64,000 nucleotides of DNA from Takakia lepidozioides (lineage: Eukaryota > Plantae > Bryophyta): NCBI GenBank assembly GCA_030704615.1, contig CM060732.1:50220001-50284000 (forward strand), read 5' to 3'. The notes below the pieces were generated by a model. It searched no databases, was not told where the DNA came from, and saw only the letters and a program-made list of their open reading frames with translations. Positions 1 to 13,557 of this stretch are shown here, piece by piece (positions within the stretch are counted from its first letter, which is position 1; every line of letters starts with the position of its first letter). The translations under genes and the position numbers were made by a program.

Positions 1-284
1 CCATCATGCTCATCAACCTCATAGCCATAGCAGTTGGTGTCTCACGCACCATATACAGTGAGATTCCCCAATGGAGCAAGCTCCTGGGTGGGGTGTTTTT
101 CAGTCTCTGGGTATTATGCCATCTTTACCCATTTGCAAAGGGTCTTATGGGCAAGCGCGGTCGCACACCAACGATTGTTTATGTGTGGTCAGGCTTACTG
201 GCTGTCATCATCTCTCTTTTGTGGGTCTACGTCAACCCTTCATCACAAAGTACTGTTACAGGTGGTGGATTTCAGTTCCCGTAG
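1..284 (+). CDS. CSLD: Cellulose synthase-like D protein, 3' end (partial)
   Basis: Translation ...[43 protein letters not shown]...GGGFQFP* is the characteristic CSLD C-terminus. The gene starts upstream of the window. Confidence 0.92.
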   Translation, partial: IMLINLIAIAVGVSRTIYSEIPQWSKLLGGVFFSLWVLCHLYPFAKGLMGKRGRTPTIVYVWSGLLAVIISLLWVYVNPSSQSTVTGGGFQFP

Positions 285-1649
285 AGTTTGCGTGCCTGTG
301 GTGTACCTCGTCATCCCTGGTAGGCTATCAATCAATTCAGAATGGATGGGCTGTTTTATGAAGAGCTAGCTAGTTGGGGTTGACACAAGCTCAGTGAGAC
401 TGTCAACTAACACTTCCATCCTCCTGAGGCTGCGGTTGTTATGGAGGGTGGGGGGCTCATGGCGGCAATATGTGGTGGGGGTGTATGGGAAAGTGGGGAT
501 GCAAGGACGGTTTTGGAGATGAAAGGCAGTTGAGAAGCAGGACGAACCAGCTGAAGAGAGATTGTATAAAAAGAAACAAGAACGCCTGACATGTATAGTA
601 GACAAACATTCTTCTTTATTCGTTGATAGCAAACAATTGATTTGAGAGAGCTAATTCATCAGCACTTGTCACATGATGTTTATGAGCTTACTGCAGTAAT
701 CCATCTGCACTCCATATGCAAGGAGAGCTTTGTTTTGTAGTCCTAGTGAGTGACAGTGATGCCAAGATCAGCGGTAACAATCAACCATAATACCCCTCAT
801 CTCTTATGTAAAACAGAATTCTTCCAGCAGGCACCATAGTTTGTTTTTGGGTGCTTTTGCTTTTTGGCAGTTTTGAGGTACTCTTGACTTTGTGCTGTTA
901 GACTGCAAAGATCAAAGCAAATTGAAGTGTACGAATGAAGGAAGTCCTGGGTCTCTATGCCTTCTGGTTGTGTGAAGAGTTCTCCAATTCCTTCTTGTTC
1001 AGCTCTAACCCTGAGAAGGGAACCTGAAATGATCCAACTGCCTTGCATGTCTGTTTGCACCTACCAAATGTAGTCTGATGCACATAACTTACAAACTAAC
1101 AATGTCAACATATAACCCAGGTACCCACTGGCCTTCGTTTTAAAGTGTGCTGAGTGGGGTGAAACTCAAGGTCTAGTTGGCTCAGAAGGTAGTACCTAGA
1201 TCCGTATGAATCAATTTGAAGTTTTTCTACCAACCTGGATGCTTTCTTCTGTGCAGAGAAACCTTTGCAGTTGCATTCCGGACAGTTTCTCCTCTCCTCC
1301 TCCTTCGCTTCACCGCAAGCGAGCTCCCCGCTTTGCACCGCGCTCGAGCCCTGGAATCTTCCATTTTGTCTATAGATCTTGCAATTAGCATCGGTCCAGT
1401 CCGTTCTAATTCTTTTGTGTGCCGTGTCGACGCTGATAATTCTAGTGCTAAACTGATCTCTCTGGTATTGGTGATGATGATTGCTGTAGAGCCTAGAGAT
1501 TTCAGTGCTGAAGACGGCTTAGAAGGAGTGGCTATAGACTGCAGAATACCGAGACGGGGACTGATTTAGACTCATGCTGTTCTCGTCTCTCCCGCTCCGT
1601 TTTTCTCGTTGGAGTTCAAAAGTAAACTTTTCTTACGTTTCACACGTGT

Positions 1650-3012
1650 GGTAAATAGATTTTTGCTTATCCTCCAGGTAAGGGTAAATAAAAATCAGAG
1701 GATTATTTATCCTCCGGGTAAGGATAAATTATTTATATGTCCCTTTATTTATCCTCCAAGTAAGGGTAAATTATTTATATGTCCATTTGTTTATCCTACT
1801 GGTAAAGGGTAAAGGCCAATATTTTTGACCGGATACCGGGTAAGGATAAATGATTTACCCTTTATATACCCACCAGGTAAATAAAGGATATATAGAAAGA
1901 TATATAAATTTTTGGTTTGTTATGCTCAACTCAAAAAATATAACTAATTAAATTAAGGCAATCAATTTTTGTTCTAGTTTTTGGTTTAGTATGAGGCTGA
2001 TTGTATTATAAGTTGTATAATATGACGGACGATCGCAAGAGTGTTTCTTCACACCAAAGATAATAATCAAACAAAGCCAAATAAGACCATTTTTCCAAGT
2101 GCATAAAGCCATTTCGGTTTATTGCAGGGAAAAAATTAAACCCTATAATACCATAGGTAAAAGACACATCCATTGGATGAGGGACGAGCCCAGTCCGATT
2201 ACTAGAGAGACAGCTATATGGAATAGCGAGAGCCTAGAATTAACTAGAATAACCCGAGATCGCCGGGAAAGGGCAGATGGGCGACCGTTACGGTCAAAGC
2301 CCATACCCTTCAATGATAATAGATTATGAATGCTGGAAATCGTATGCATGCAGAGCGAAAATGACCTGTATGTAAACGTCAGCCTACCCCCATGCCCCTG
2401 CTTGCGAGAAGCCAAAACAGTCGGAGAGAGAGGCGGAGCAGGGCGGTTGAATTACTTGTCGAATCTGAGCTTGATGGAGCTCTTTCCGGGGGATGCTTAC
2501 AATTAATATCTCGATCGAATTCAGTCATGTAATTTGAAGTGCGCTCCTCCCAACATCTTTATAACTACCTGCACAAAGTTCCATTTTCGATTCCAAATGC
2601 TAAGGCACATACCACGTTGGATGTGGTTGTGGGTTCAAACCACCGTCTGCTGTGTCATGAAGGTGTCCACCTTCCTGTTATAAGAGGTAAAAAAATAAAA
2701 AAAATAAAAATGCTAATTTGTTTTTTAACAAAAAATGCTAATCACACCATACGGCCCTCCGGCTCCCAAGAAAGGCTATAGTTTGTCATTTACCCTTTTG
2801 TTATTTACCCTCCAAAACACAATTTACCCGCGGGTAAAGGGTATATGGATTGTATTTACCCTTCAGACGGGTAAGGGTATCTCAGATTATTTACCCGTCT
2901 GAAGGGTAAGGGTACGGGTAAGGAAAATGGGCCAATCCGGGTAAATCATTTACCCTTACCTTGATTTACCCGCCGGGTAAATCCGGGTAAATGATTTACC
3001 CGCACAACACTG
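1650..3012. mobile_element. hAT-like non-autonomous DNA transposon remnant upstream of the TFIIE alpha gene
   Basis: Dense GGGTAA(A)/TTTACCC/GGTAAGGG subterminal-type motifs at 1670-1880 and 2790-3000. The right end CGCACAACACTG (reverse complement CAGTGTTGTG, a hAT-like TIR) is followed by GTATATAC. No matching left TIR was found. Confidence 0.55.
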
Positions 3013-3157
3013 GTATATACCTATTGGCCTTCCCTTCCACTGTTGCTTTGCAACCCTCTTTCCTCTTCTTCTCCACAATCAGAGAAGAGCCACACTCCTG
3101 CGAACTGGCAAGGGCGGGGGAGGTGAGGGCTCTATCAGCCCAATACCCAACTGTGCC

Positions 3158-6100
3158 ATGAGCATCGATCCCTTTCGAAGGTCTGAGTCATCTCCCGCTG
3201 CCCTTTGAACACATGAAACTAATTGGGTGGCACGAGTAAATTGATGATTTGGAGGTAGAAGTTTAGAAAGAGAATTGAAGGTTTGGGAGAGAGGCTTGCA
3301 GGTTAGTGAAGCTGGTGGCGAGGGCGTTCTACGACGAAGAAATTCCAGCAAAGGGGCCGAATCGGAGCAAGTCTGATAAGTCGGACAACCGTGGAATCGC
3401 TGTTGTCATTCTTGATGCTCTCACCAGGTGTCTATCCCCCTCCCCTCTGCCCCAAGAACCCAAAACTGCAATCCATGCTTTGAGACAAGGAGATGAGGGA
3501 TTGGTCGCTTGAGTTTTGTCGTGTCCATTAAAATCTGGAATGGAGGAACAAGGGGTAGGGATGTCTTACGAGATAAAGAGAAACAACGAAGCTGTGTTTG
3601 GAATCCATAGCTCATTGTCGTCTTGTGGTTGTCTTGTTGTCGGAATATATGAAGTAGGTTGTTTGAGTGTTTGGGTTAGTAATTCTCGAGGTTTATGGGG
3701 GACCGTGTAGGCGGCAATGGGTGAAAGAGGAGGACTTGGCACGCGACTTACGGCTGCATCCAAAGCAGTTACGGCGCACACTGCGCGTTCTCGAAGAGGA
3801 GCTACTCGTCATTCGCGAGCATCGCCGCGAGGTCACCGACCTTTCTTTCTCCTTTTGTTCGTCACAATTGACGATGAATTCACACAATCTCGGATAGAAT
3901 TGCTGGTGGCATTTGATTATCCTTTTTTTTTTTACGGCATACATGTGCACTTTGGAGGGACCAGAGAAGGGAAGAATGATGGGAGAATAGAAAGCGGTAA
4001 CTACTGGCGCAGAAGGCTCTGTCCAGTAGTGGGATTCATCTCTAGAAAAGCTATTTTTCCAGATTTGCTCAGACAATGTCATCAAATCGATACATCTATT
4101 CATCCAGAAATTCGCATTAAAGGAGGGCCACAGCTTTTAGCATTCAATTGAACTTCCGGAACTAAGGGAAAAGAGGTGTAGTCACAGTAGTTTGGATGCA
4201 CAAAGGCCTTCATGCAGAAGGATATCAATGACAATGGAGTAGAAAATGTTTGCCCTCTTCACCATTATGCCTGGGGATTGGACATAGGGTTACCCAGTTT
4301 TCCAGATGGGTCAAGATAGCAGAGGTAGGCAACCTTATAGGGAGTTTTAAACTCCAGCCCAAAGCCCAGCTGAAGTGTCCAAAACCTTCTGGTTCCACTA
4401 TAGAAACAATCTTATATAGCACATCAAAGATAATGATCCAGGGAGTGCAGCCCTCACCAACTCTGGTTGACTTCTTGCCGTGGACAAGTTTACAGCTCCG
4501 AAGTACTGTTATGTAAATTAGGGATTATGGGCAGTAGGCCCAAAGCCAGAGTCTCATAGGCCCATCATGCCACCCAGTTTCAGAGGCCCTTCTGGTGATA
4601 AGAAAGAAGACAGGTAGATCTCTACTCCCTTTCCCTCCTTGGACAACAAGAGTGCTCCTTTCTCCTTCAGGTACCTAAAAACTGCATAGTGTGGCACGGC
4701 ACAAAATAATTATCTCACTCAAAACACCAACTGAGATCCCAAATTTTTGTGTGATCTTTGTGGCAGCCTGGATGCATGGCAGAACAGAAATGTAACAGCA
4801 TCAGGCTCGCCTTTATCATACTGATCATTTGTCAATTTTCTTCATAAATGCATGGGTTGTTTGTACAGACAGTGAAAGGTGCGAAGGTTTACAATGCCGC
4901 GATTGCAGCGATCAGTGATGGCCAACCAGCTGAGAGGGAGGCTGAGGAGAAGTTGAAGGTGCACACACATTCGTATTGCTGTTTGGACTACGCACAGGTT
5001 TTTTCCCAACTCTTTTAACCAACTAAAGTTCATCATTTGTCTTTCTTTTGTGGTTATGTAAACTTCAGTTGATGGTTGATAGCGATTCAGTTAAAGGCCT
5101 TGATTGAGATCGGGCATGTGGCCAGGTCTACGATATCGTGCGATATCGAATACATAGGGCAAAGAAGAAGATAAAGGATGAGCTGGAGGATCGCAACACC
5201 ATCCAGGAGTACATCTGCCCCAATGTCACCTGTGGCCGGAGGTACATCTCTACCTCCTGTCTTTCCTAGGAGAGAGAGGACAAGAGATTCACTAATAGAT
5301 AACAGTGTCAATGGTGCGAATATGGTATCCATCTAGAAGATTGTGAGTTCACATGATATGCTCGCTGCTTCAAGTTCTAAATCTCCAAGAAAGGTGTCAC
5401 TGTTGTAATCAGGATCGTGGATTTGGTATGGGCTTTTGTGAAGGTACTCAGCACTGGATGCTTTACGCCTGATCAACCCATTTGATGAGAACTTTCATTG
5501 CGAGAACTGCGATGGTGAGCTTGTGGCAGAGAGTGACAAGCTTGCAGCTGAAGAGCTCGGTGATGGTGACGGTGAAGACAATGCCCGCCGGCGGCATCGT
5601 GAGAAGCTGAAAGAGCTGCTTGAGAAGATGGAGGTAGGTCCTGATCTGCCAAGTCTTCTCTACAGCTGTGTAAAATAGCAGTGTATCTATCTGTTAGTCA
5701 GTAAGAATGCAGCAAAGGCTGTTACAAGACATTCTGGCTTTAACTCTAGGATTCTTTTTGTGGAAAGCTGTTCAATCATAACTGGTCGAAGGAACTCAAG
5801 GGGACGACGTTATGAGTTCAAGGTCAGTTTGGGGTCAGTTCAGTCACATGCCTAATACCAGATACCCTAAGATGATCGACTCTATTTCTTGGAAGCAAGA
5901 CCGTCCTGTTAAACAGGTGAAGTCCTGGTGTCGAAGGGTACAGGAGATTTTCAAGTACTTGAATATTAGGTAGGAAGAACGGACCCTGCTAGATGAAGCT
6001 GACTTGGATGTCTGAACAAAACGAAGGTAGGCATAGACCTTCCCTGAACTTGTTTGCAGTTGCGACATGGGTGAGGACCTTCAGGATGATCTGAAGGGCC

Positions 6101-9100
6101 TACCCACCCTTAGACTGAATTACAACTCAGGGTGGGGAGTGTAAAACACAAACTTACTGTTTATATCAAGGTAAGTCCAGAGTGAGAGCCCCTCAGAAAG
6201 GTAGTGTCTGTTCCCTCTTGTTCCGCCCAAACTGTGCAGGGGGTCTATGGCCACAAAACAAGGTCTTATGAATACATTCTCTCTGTCTTCCCCTCCATCC
6301 AAACCAGACGCAGGCCCATATGCACCAGGCTATGCAAGGCAATTTCTAATGAGTCCATCATCTCTCTCTCTCTCGTCATGCACATATTCTAGTTACAGCT
6401 CCTGGGCCAAACAATTTTGCAACTGAAGTCTCGATGCTTGGTGTGGGTGGGACAACAGAAGCAACTTCAACCTTTGATGGTTCAGCTATCTCGGGTGAAA
6501 GATTTGCCACCCCCAGATTTTGGCACCCTTGTCCAATGGGAAAAGAGAGCAATTGCTGCAGGGCGCACCCTAAGCAATGGCGAGTTGGTGGCAGATCTGC
6601 CTAAGGCTGCTCATGGACAGGGCCTGTCTGGAACTCCCATGCCCTTTTTGGGCGAGACCAAAGTACCCCTTCTTTTTCACTATCTTTCAGGCACCGTTTG
6701 CATTAGTTTCTGGCTGTTGTCTAGATAACAAAGGGACAGCGTGGGTTTGATATGTCAGCATCAGGTATTCCAGATGATAAATGAGCATGTTTGGATCTCT
6801 CTGGGGTGGGAAGCAGTTTCAGCTTAGGCCATATCAAGCTCATTTATCATCTGGAATACCTGATGCTGGCATTCCTCACACCCATGCTTAGTCCTTTTCG
6901 ACAGGGTCTTTGTAATTATTGAGGTGTTTCTGTATGCTAGCTTAAAGGCAGAAAAACTGAAATCCTCTGTCCTTTTTACTCTTCACTTCTGGGCGTCCGT
7001 CTGAGCCATTTCTGTCAATCTAACTAAGGTAGCCTGTGCTGTTGGCGCAAGTGTCCAGTGTCATCTAAGTCCAAGTGCAATCCCCTATGTATCCAAGTGC
7101 GTCTCCTATGTCGAGGCCCGTGTGTGAAGAATTTAAAAAGGTAGTAGGTTGTTAAGTAGGTTGTTCCAGGAAAGCCCACTCTGCTATTTTTCACGAATTT
7201 CCAGCGACCAAGAGTCCTTGAAATTCCATATCTCCCACACCGCAGGTCCAAAAATTATGAGACCAAGTCGGTGCACCCCTCCTCATCGAGGGCTTTCCAG
7301 TGGTACCAAGCACCAGGGCTGGGGCCCCGCGGTTTGGGAGATCTCAACACTAAAAGCAAATCAAAACAAACAAACAAACAAACAAACTACCTTGCTTCAT
7401 ATATTGATGTCTCCCTCCCTCCCTCCAAATTGCCTGGCTTAGTCAGGTCTAATAAAATTACCTACAAATTCATGTCATGTGAGTAATTACAAATTACTAA
7501 GAAATATCTGGACGTACAGGTGGAAGTGGCATTGGCTGGTGGGGAAACCAAGGAGGAGGAAGGCAAAGATGAAGGTGCAGGAGGTCCATCCAAGGTATTA
7601 CCCCCTTGGATGATCCGGCAGGGAATGAGCTTGACTGCCCAACAGCGTGGAGAGGCAAAGCAAGAGATGAAAAGTGAGGATAGTGCTTCCATGGCAGGCC
7701 CAACATCTATGGATGTCAAACCTGCAGAGGAGGACAAAGAGACTATGCAGAAAAAAATCCAGGTAGACTTTTGCTTCTTTCTTCATGTCTGGTTTTATGC
7801 TCTAACTGCTGTTTCTGAAATATCGTCATTATTGTCACTGGCAACCTCTGTTCATAGGACTATAGTTTACGAGTGTCATGAATTTAGAGATTTGTTGAGG
7901 ACGTAGTCAGTCACACTTGAGAAGATAAGAAGGAGTTCACTACTTAATGAGAAGCAAATAGTTTATTATGGCTGAGATGCAATAGAACACCCAGAGAAGA
8001 AATGTGAGAACTGATACAAGGAGCTTACTAACAATGTACACGAGCAAACCAATCACTAGGAAACCACGTTTAAATTGTTGCTCGAGGACAGAACATCTCG
8101 AGAAGGAAGGAAGTGAGCTTGACATTGGGACAGGCAGACAGGCTTGTTTAAAAGTGAAGAAAGTCTCAAAGGATTGAATTCTGTAGGGATTGATGCTTCA
8201 ACCATCAGGACTGTGAATGGTACAATGTGACCAGCGATGATCCACATGTATTGACTAAGTGCAACTACATGCTGTATGTGCCCAAATGCAAGCAAAATGC
8301 AGTAGCATAAAGAAATGAATCACATGACTCCCATTACTTTTAAACTGATTGCTCTATCCTGAATCCTGAACATTACATGCTCCCACAATCAAAATTCCAG
8401 TGCTCTGGTTTCCTTCAACAGTCTTTCCTCATTTCACATCACCCATACTAAACTCAAGATAGGCATGCAATGAAGCATCACTCCCATTTTCCACGACTCT
8501 TTCCATCAGTAGCTGAAAATTTCCCATCTCTCAACATTCCTCCTCCTACTTGCATTGTGTCAAAAACCGAATTTGAGAGCTTGGGCTGAACAAGTTCAGC
8601 CTGAAATACCAAAGTCCCTTACTGACCAACAGTTGGGCTGTCATTAAGTTATGGGGGCTCACTGTCAACCTCTTCCCCTTTGTTTGGTTGTTTGTTTGTT
8701 TCTGGCCCTTTGTCCAAAAGTGCTCAAAGTGTTCATCCACACATCTCTTACGTGGCGGTTAACTGTCAACCTCTTCCCCTTTGTTTCTTTGTTTGTTTCT
8801 GGCCCTTTGTTTAAAAGTGCTCTAAGTGTTCATCCACACGTCTCTTGCCTTTCTCAGTTGGTCCACAGTCCATACCAGATGTTGGCTCTCTGACAGCGGT
8901 CTGTGGTTGGATTGGTCTGGACAGGAGGAGTATTTGAAGGCATATTATGCAGCGCTCTTGCAACGTCAGCAAGAGACATCACAGATGAGTGCAATCATAG
9001 CAAATGGTGACACGAGCACTCCTTCAACCAGCACTGTTGTTACTCCAGCGGCAGAGACTGAGGAGACAAAGAAGGAAGGGGAGGAGGAGGAGGAGGAGGA

Positions 9101-9538
9101 GGTTGAGTGGGAAGATGCTACTGCTGCAGGTATGTATGACTGAATGAAGTCCATTTTGTCTCATAGTCTCATAGGCTCTTGAGGCATGAGGAATTTTTAG
9201 GTCTTGATTCTCCTTGCAAGATGCACTGCACACCTATCATCTGGAACGCTTGAATCGAGGTCCAGTTGTTATGCTCAATTTTCTGACCATGCGCACCTAT
9301 GAAGTCACTGCACAGTTATGATGGGTTTAGTCAAGGTATAGAAGTTGATCATGTAGAGAGATTGATCTAATCTTGTAGTGTATCTCTTGGGGGGGGGGGG
9401 GGTTCAGAAGACGGGCCCAGCAATGTTCTCGAGGATGGTGCAGGAAATCTTGAAGAGGCTGGACATGGAGAAGCCAATGGGGTTGTTAGTGGAGAATTTG
9501 AGGATGATGATGATGAAATTGATTGGGAGGAGGGCTAA
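3158..9538 (+). CDS. GTF2E1: General transcription factor IIE subunit alpha, 10 exons: 3158-3180, 3302-3427, 3711-3831, 4869-4997, 5126-5241, 5444-5633, 6459-6662, 7520-7762, 8925-9129, 9408-9538
   Basis: Spliced protein: MSIDPFRRLVKLVARAFYD...RGIAVVILDALTRRQWVKEEDLA..LHPKQLRR (winged helix), zinc ribbon QEYICPNVTCGRRYSALDA...FHCENCDGELVAESDKLAA, VLPPWMIRQGM, EEYLKAYYAALL, and acidic end DDEIDWEEG*. All introns are GT-AG and frame-consistent. Confidence 0.93.
5810..6290 (+). mobile_element. 5'-truncated, degenerate LINE 3' fragment in TFIIE intron 6
   Basis: Visibly homologous to 49990-50790 (e.g. AAGCAAGACCGTCCTGTTAAACAGG, TTCCCTGAACTTGTTT). It ends in the same terminal motif, GTCTTATGAATACA, followed by TTCTCTCT. 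Confidence 0.8.
6730..6898. repeat. Long inverted repeat (hairpin) in TFIIE intron 7
   Basis: Perfect 31-bp arms 6756-6786 (CAGCATCAGGTATTCCAGATGATAAATGAGC) and 6838-6868, extended by imperfect pairing on both sides. Confidence 0.9.
7024..7407 (-). mobile_element. Small non-autonomous Helitron (384 bp) in TFIIE intron 7
   Basis: On the - strand it starts A|TCAATATATGAAGC (5'-TC). It ends with the hairpin CTTGCGC-caaca-GCACAGG and then CTACCTTAG|T (CTRR-like end with TTAG instead of CTAG; A|T target, no TSD). The 5' part is repeated at 33867-34095. Confidence 0.72.
8661..8847. repeat. Tandem duplication of about 100 bp in TFIIE intron 8
   Basis: ACTGTCAACCTCTTCCCCTTTGTTT...AAGTGTTCATCCACAC(A/G)TCTCTT occurs at 8661-8749 and 8762-8847. 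Confidence 0.9.
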
Positions 9539-12500
9539 GCCTTCCTGATCTTTTACACCATGGATTATGCAGTCAGGTCAGTCAGGTATGGCCAGGAGGT
9601 TCGGACCTGGTCATACACAAGGGATCAATTAGAGGTCAAGATACAGGGATTGAAGAAGTTGCGGTGTGCTGAGTGGATGAGTCTCTTCAGTTTATACCGC
9701 TCATTGAACCTGTCTCGCAGACCCTAGAGCTTCTCACACTCAGTTGTGAGCTACACACAATACTGAGTCCTGCATGCCCAGGAGGAGAGGCCAGACCTGC
9801 ACAACCCTTGAGCCACCTCACTTTCACCTCATCGCTCTCGATGCTGTTCTGTAAGACATATCTCATATTATGTCTGCACATAGCTCTCCACAAAACACTG
9901 AATATCTCTCAACTGAGGCTCTCCACTCCAAACCTGGCATTCAGGATCGGCTCAAGTGCAAATTTGCTGGCTGTGGTGACAACCCATGCTGACATGACGT
10001 AGGACATAGAAGCAAATAATCAAATACCGATTACGGAGAGTTTAACCCCTTTTGTTTTTTCCCCATTTTTCAAACCATTATCTGTGTTTGAAGCAGTTTG
10101 TTCCTGGAAATGAAGAGTCCTAGGGGGGGTGGCCCACCTGGAGTTTGGCACCCAATAGTTAGGCACGGTCAAGCTCACTAATGGTTTAGGTGGCCCGCCT
10201 TACAACTAGACTAACTTGGACTTTTGAGTAGTTTGACATGAAACTGAACTGGTCTGAAATAAGATCATCTAATGGGTGTCCGGCTTCTTTGCCGCATTGG
10301 CTTGCCATCTCCTGTTCTCGACTGCATTGGTAAGAGATCTAATCTTTCTTTCTTTCAATATTTTTCACAGGGGTTAATTGAGGATGTTCGTGAGATGATG
10401 TACAATGGTCTGTATCTGGATTGTCATCAGTTGTAGGCAAGAACCACCATGATATTTGGCTCCCTCTCTCTTTTAAATGCAAATGTTAGTTGTTGTGTCG
10501 CTGTGAGAAATTGAAACTTCACAGTAGTAAGGAGACTATGTCAAGATGGTCAGACATTGGTGGATGTGACAGAAACATGGCCCAATGTTTTCTATGGAAA
10601 TAGAATATGTGAGACAGACATAGGGTTTAATTGTGTAAACATGCAAAGTGACAGGCTCAAGTACGGTTACAATATATATTCATAATTTCTATGATAAATG
10701 TAATTATGCTACACATCACAAATGCATTTAATCCATGCAAGCCCTGCCATATAGGCTGTGACTTGTGCCGCATGTCCTGATGTTTGAGTTCAGGTTATGG
10801 AGCCTTCTTGTTCTTTCCAATCACTCAATGCAGAAATTGCCCCAAAAACAATACCTTCATTCTCTCTTTCTCTGATCTTTTTACTTCTGTTCTTGCCCTT
10901 CTTACTATGAGATCTGTGGGAGACTCAACTGCCCTCACATAATTCTTCCATTACGAGGATCAAAATTTCAATGAGAGCAAGTAGGACAGGAGGAAATACA
11001 AATCATTGATCTTCCTTGGGGAGAGAATATAGGCCTGTGCTGGTAGCCGTACTAACGCATGCATAAAACTATTCATCCAGGGATTTCGCTCATTTATAGA
11101 TATGGATGAAATTTACCATTACACCTGCCTTGATCTAATTCGATACTTAATCGCAAGTATCGGTGCTAAGCATCAAAACCCTTTGTGTAGTCCTGCCTAT
11201 GGTGTTCTTCGACAAAATAACCAAGTGGGAAATGTACTTAAAAGTATTGGAAGAGAAAGAATGAAAGGATTCATAGTGCCATGAGACATACCCAAAAAAT
11301 GTAATGTAATGATGCAAACTCGGATTTCGCATGAAAACTTAAGTCCATGCAGCTTTCCGGGCTACATGGGCTCACAACGGAGTCTTATGCGATAGCCCTT
11401 TGCTGAACAGCTGCACCAGAGCAGTTTAAATATTATTTAAAAAAGACATTAAAAGCTCTGCTCATGCGATAATACACGCCCATGTGATTATACACACCCA
11501 TAAACAAGACTGCCCAATACTTTACGGTCAACACATAAACAATCAAATTTGTCATAACATATATGTGGATTGTTCTAAATGTGACATCTCTGCAAGGAAA
11601 TGCATGAATTACATTCACCTTCAGGACTACATAAATGAGATTCGCCAACAAAACCCTAAGTACACTATGTAATGAAAACCACCTTTGATTATATATACAC
11701 GGAAACAATGTTTCAATATAAAATATTCTAAAACTTCTATTTAAACTACACGTGAGCATAGTGCCGAGGAAGTGTAGACTGGGCAACTAAACATTTTCAT
11801 TCAGCAATGATAAATCAGGAAAAATCACGATGTTCCCTGTTGATTCTATATATTCATACATTACTTGGAATTTCGCCAAAGACACCCGTTCGCTCTGCCC
11901 AACATGGTAATGTCATCTCCTGTTATATGTATCGCAAGAGATAGTGCAAGACCTCTCACGAGCGAAATAGAACAAGTGTCTCTATTGTTGAAATTGTTTT
12001 CTTACTCACGCCTTTTCTCCTCACACTATGCTTACAAGATAACAAACTTTGGATGTCTCAAGCGAAATCCTCCATTGCTAGGGTTGGTGGCCTCCGCCAC
12101 TGCCGGCACTATAAATATAGGGTTTTTCGGAGTTATAGTTTTTATATGGTATAATTTGTTTCAAGAATGCAATATTGTGAGCATAGACTTATAGTTGGTG
12201 AGCTAGTGAGCTTGGACATATAACTCTGGGCTCACGCAATGAACCGTCCACTATGCAGTTGAGGCCCTATAAGCGAGGATTCAATCATAAGATAAATATG
12301 TATAACCGTCAAAACATATTTCATTTCGACAAATCATGTTCTCATGATATGTCATAACACATCACAAAATGACGTTTAAAGAAAAACCCTATGAACACCA
12401 AGTACTCAACAATGTGCCACCATTTGAAAATCAGAGCATGATCAAATATGGTGCATGTCCGGGCTCAAGCGTTTGTATTGCTAAACTAACTCTTGTTGTA

Positions 12501-13557
12501 GCTCATCAACGGACTGTTGTGTTTTCCAAAAATTTAAATTTAAAAATGCACATGTTCCGTTTATAATGTGAGTGGCATTGACCCAAGAAGGGAAAAAAAA
12601 ACAGAAAAACAAAACAAAACTGAATATTTTAAAATAATTAATAAAAAATAATTGCATATTACTGTGGAAATCAACAGTTCGCCAACGAACTGTTTTTTTT
12701 TTCAGCTTGTCCCATTTGCAGCGTAGGTATGACCTTAAATAAACCTATGCAACACATATTTGTATTTTTATTTAAACAAAACAAAAAAAATGATACAAAG
12801 ACTTGTGAAAATCAACGATTCGCCAACGAACTGTTTCTTTTTCAGCATGTCCCATTTATAGGGTATCCTCCAAACAAGTCTTGTACCCAGGGTCTTGACA
12901 CAATGGAAAGCCCTCAATGAGTAGGGGTGCATCAAGGTGGTTTCATAATTTTTGGACCTGCAGTGTGGAAGATATTGAATTTCACCTAGAAACACACTTG
13001 TTTTTTTTCCATTTTTTTTTTGTCCCATTTTCTGCATCGATGTAGTGGTGCAAAGCCCGATGTTACAGAACAAAATAGAGCTAAAAATAAAATCATTACA
13101 CCCCTCAAAACCGCAATCATATATTTTATAAATGCAAATATTTATTTTTAATTCATTTAATTTCGATTTAATTCAAAATTGGTGCAAGGGTGAGTGCGTC
13201 GTTGGGGAGGCATTTTATTTTTATTTTTAACCTGCTGGATCTTTGTACAGGTGTTGCACACATATTTAAGCACATGTAGGAAAAAATGAAGCTTGAGCCA
13301 CATCCGTTTGTTGGGTGCAATGGCATGAGAGGATTTTCTTTCACATTAATAAAGAAAAATTGGTTGATAGGGTGAATGCGTCATTGGGGGGGCAAATGAT
13401 TTTGTTTGGGTTTGAAACTTTGCATGCGTGTACGTTGCGCACATACATGTAATTATTGAATGACATATTTGATGCACACACACCTTGAAGGTTGTTGTTT
13501 GCATTTCGCTTATAATGAAGTGTATGGTTGCAATGACACATTATAATATATGTCCAT

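Noticed and set aside
1670-3000. GGGTAAA arrays as telomeric repeats or a CRISPR-like array
   Set aside because: Spacing is irregular, both orientations occur, there is no TTTAGGG periodicity, and the context is eukaryotic. A hAT subterminal repeat fits better.
9586-9616. 11-bp stem-loop in the TFIIE 3' UTR
   Set aside because: Too short to distinguish from chance without conservation data.
12107-12123. CACTATAAATATAGGG as the left TIR of CACTA element 1
   Set aside because: The flank CGG does not match the CCA after 18616, and no GCGAC subterminal repeats follow.
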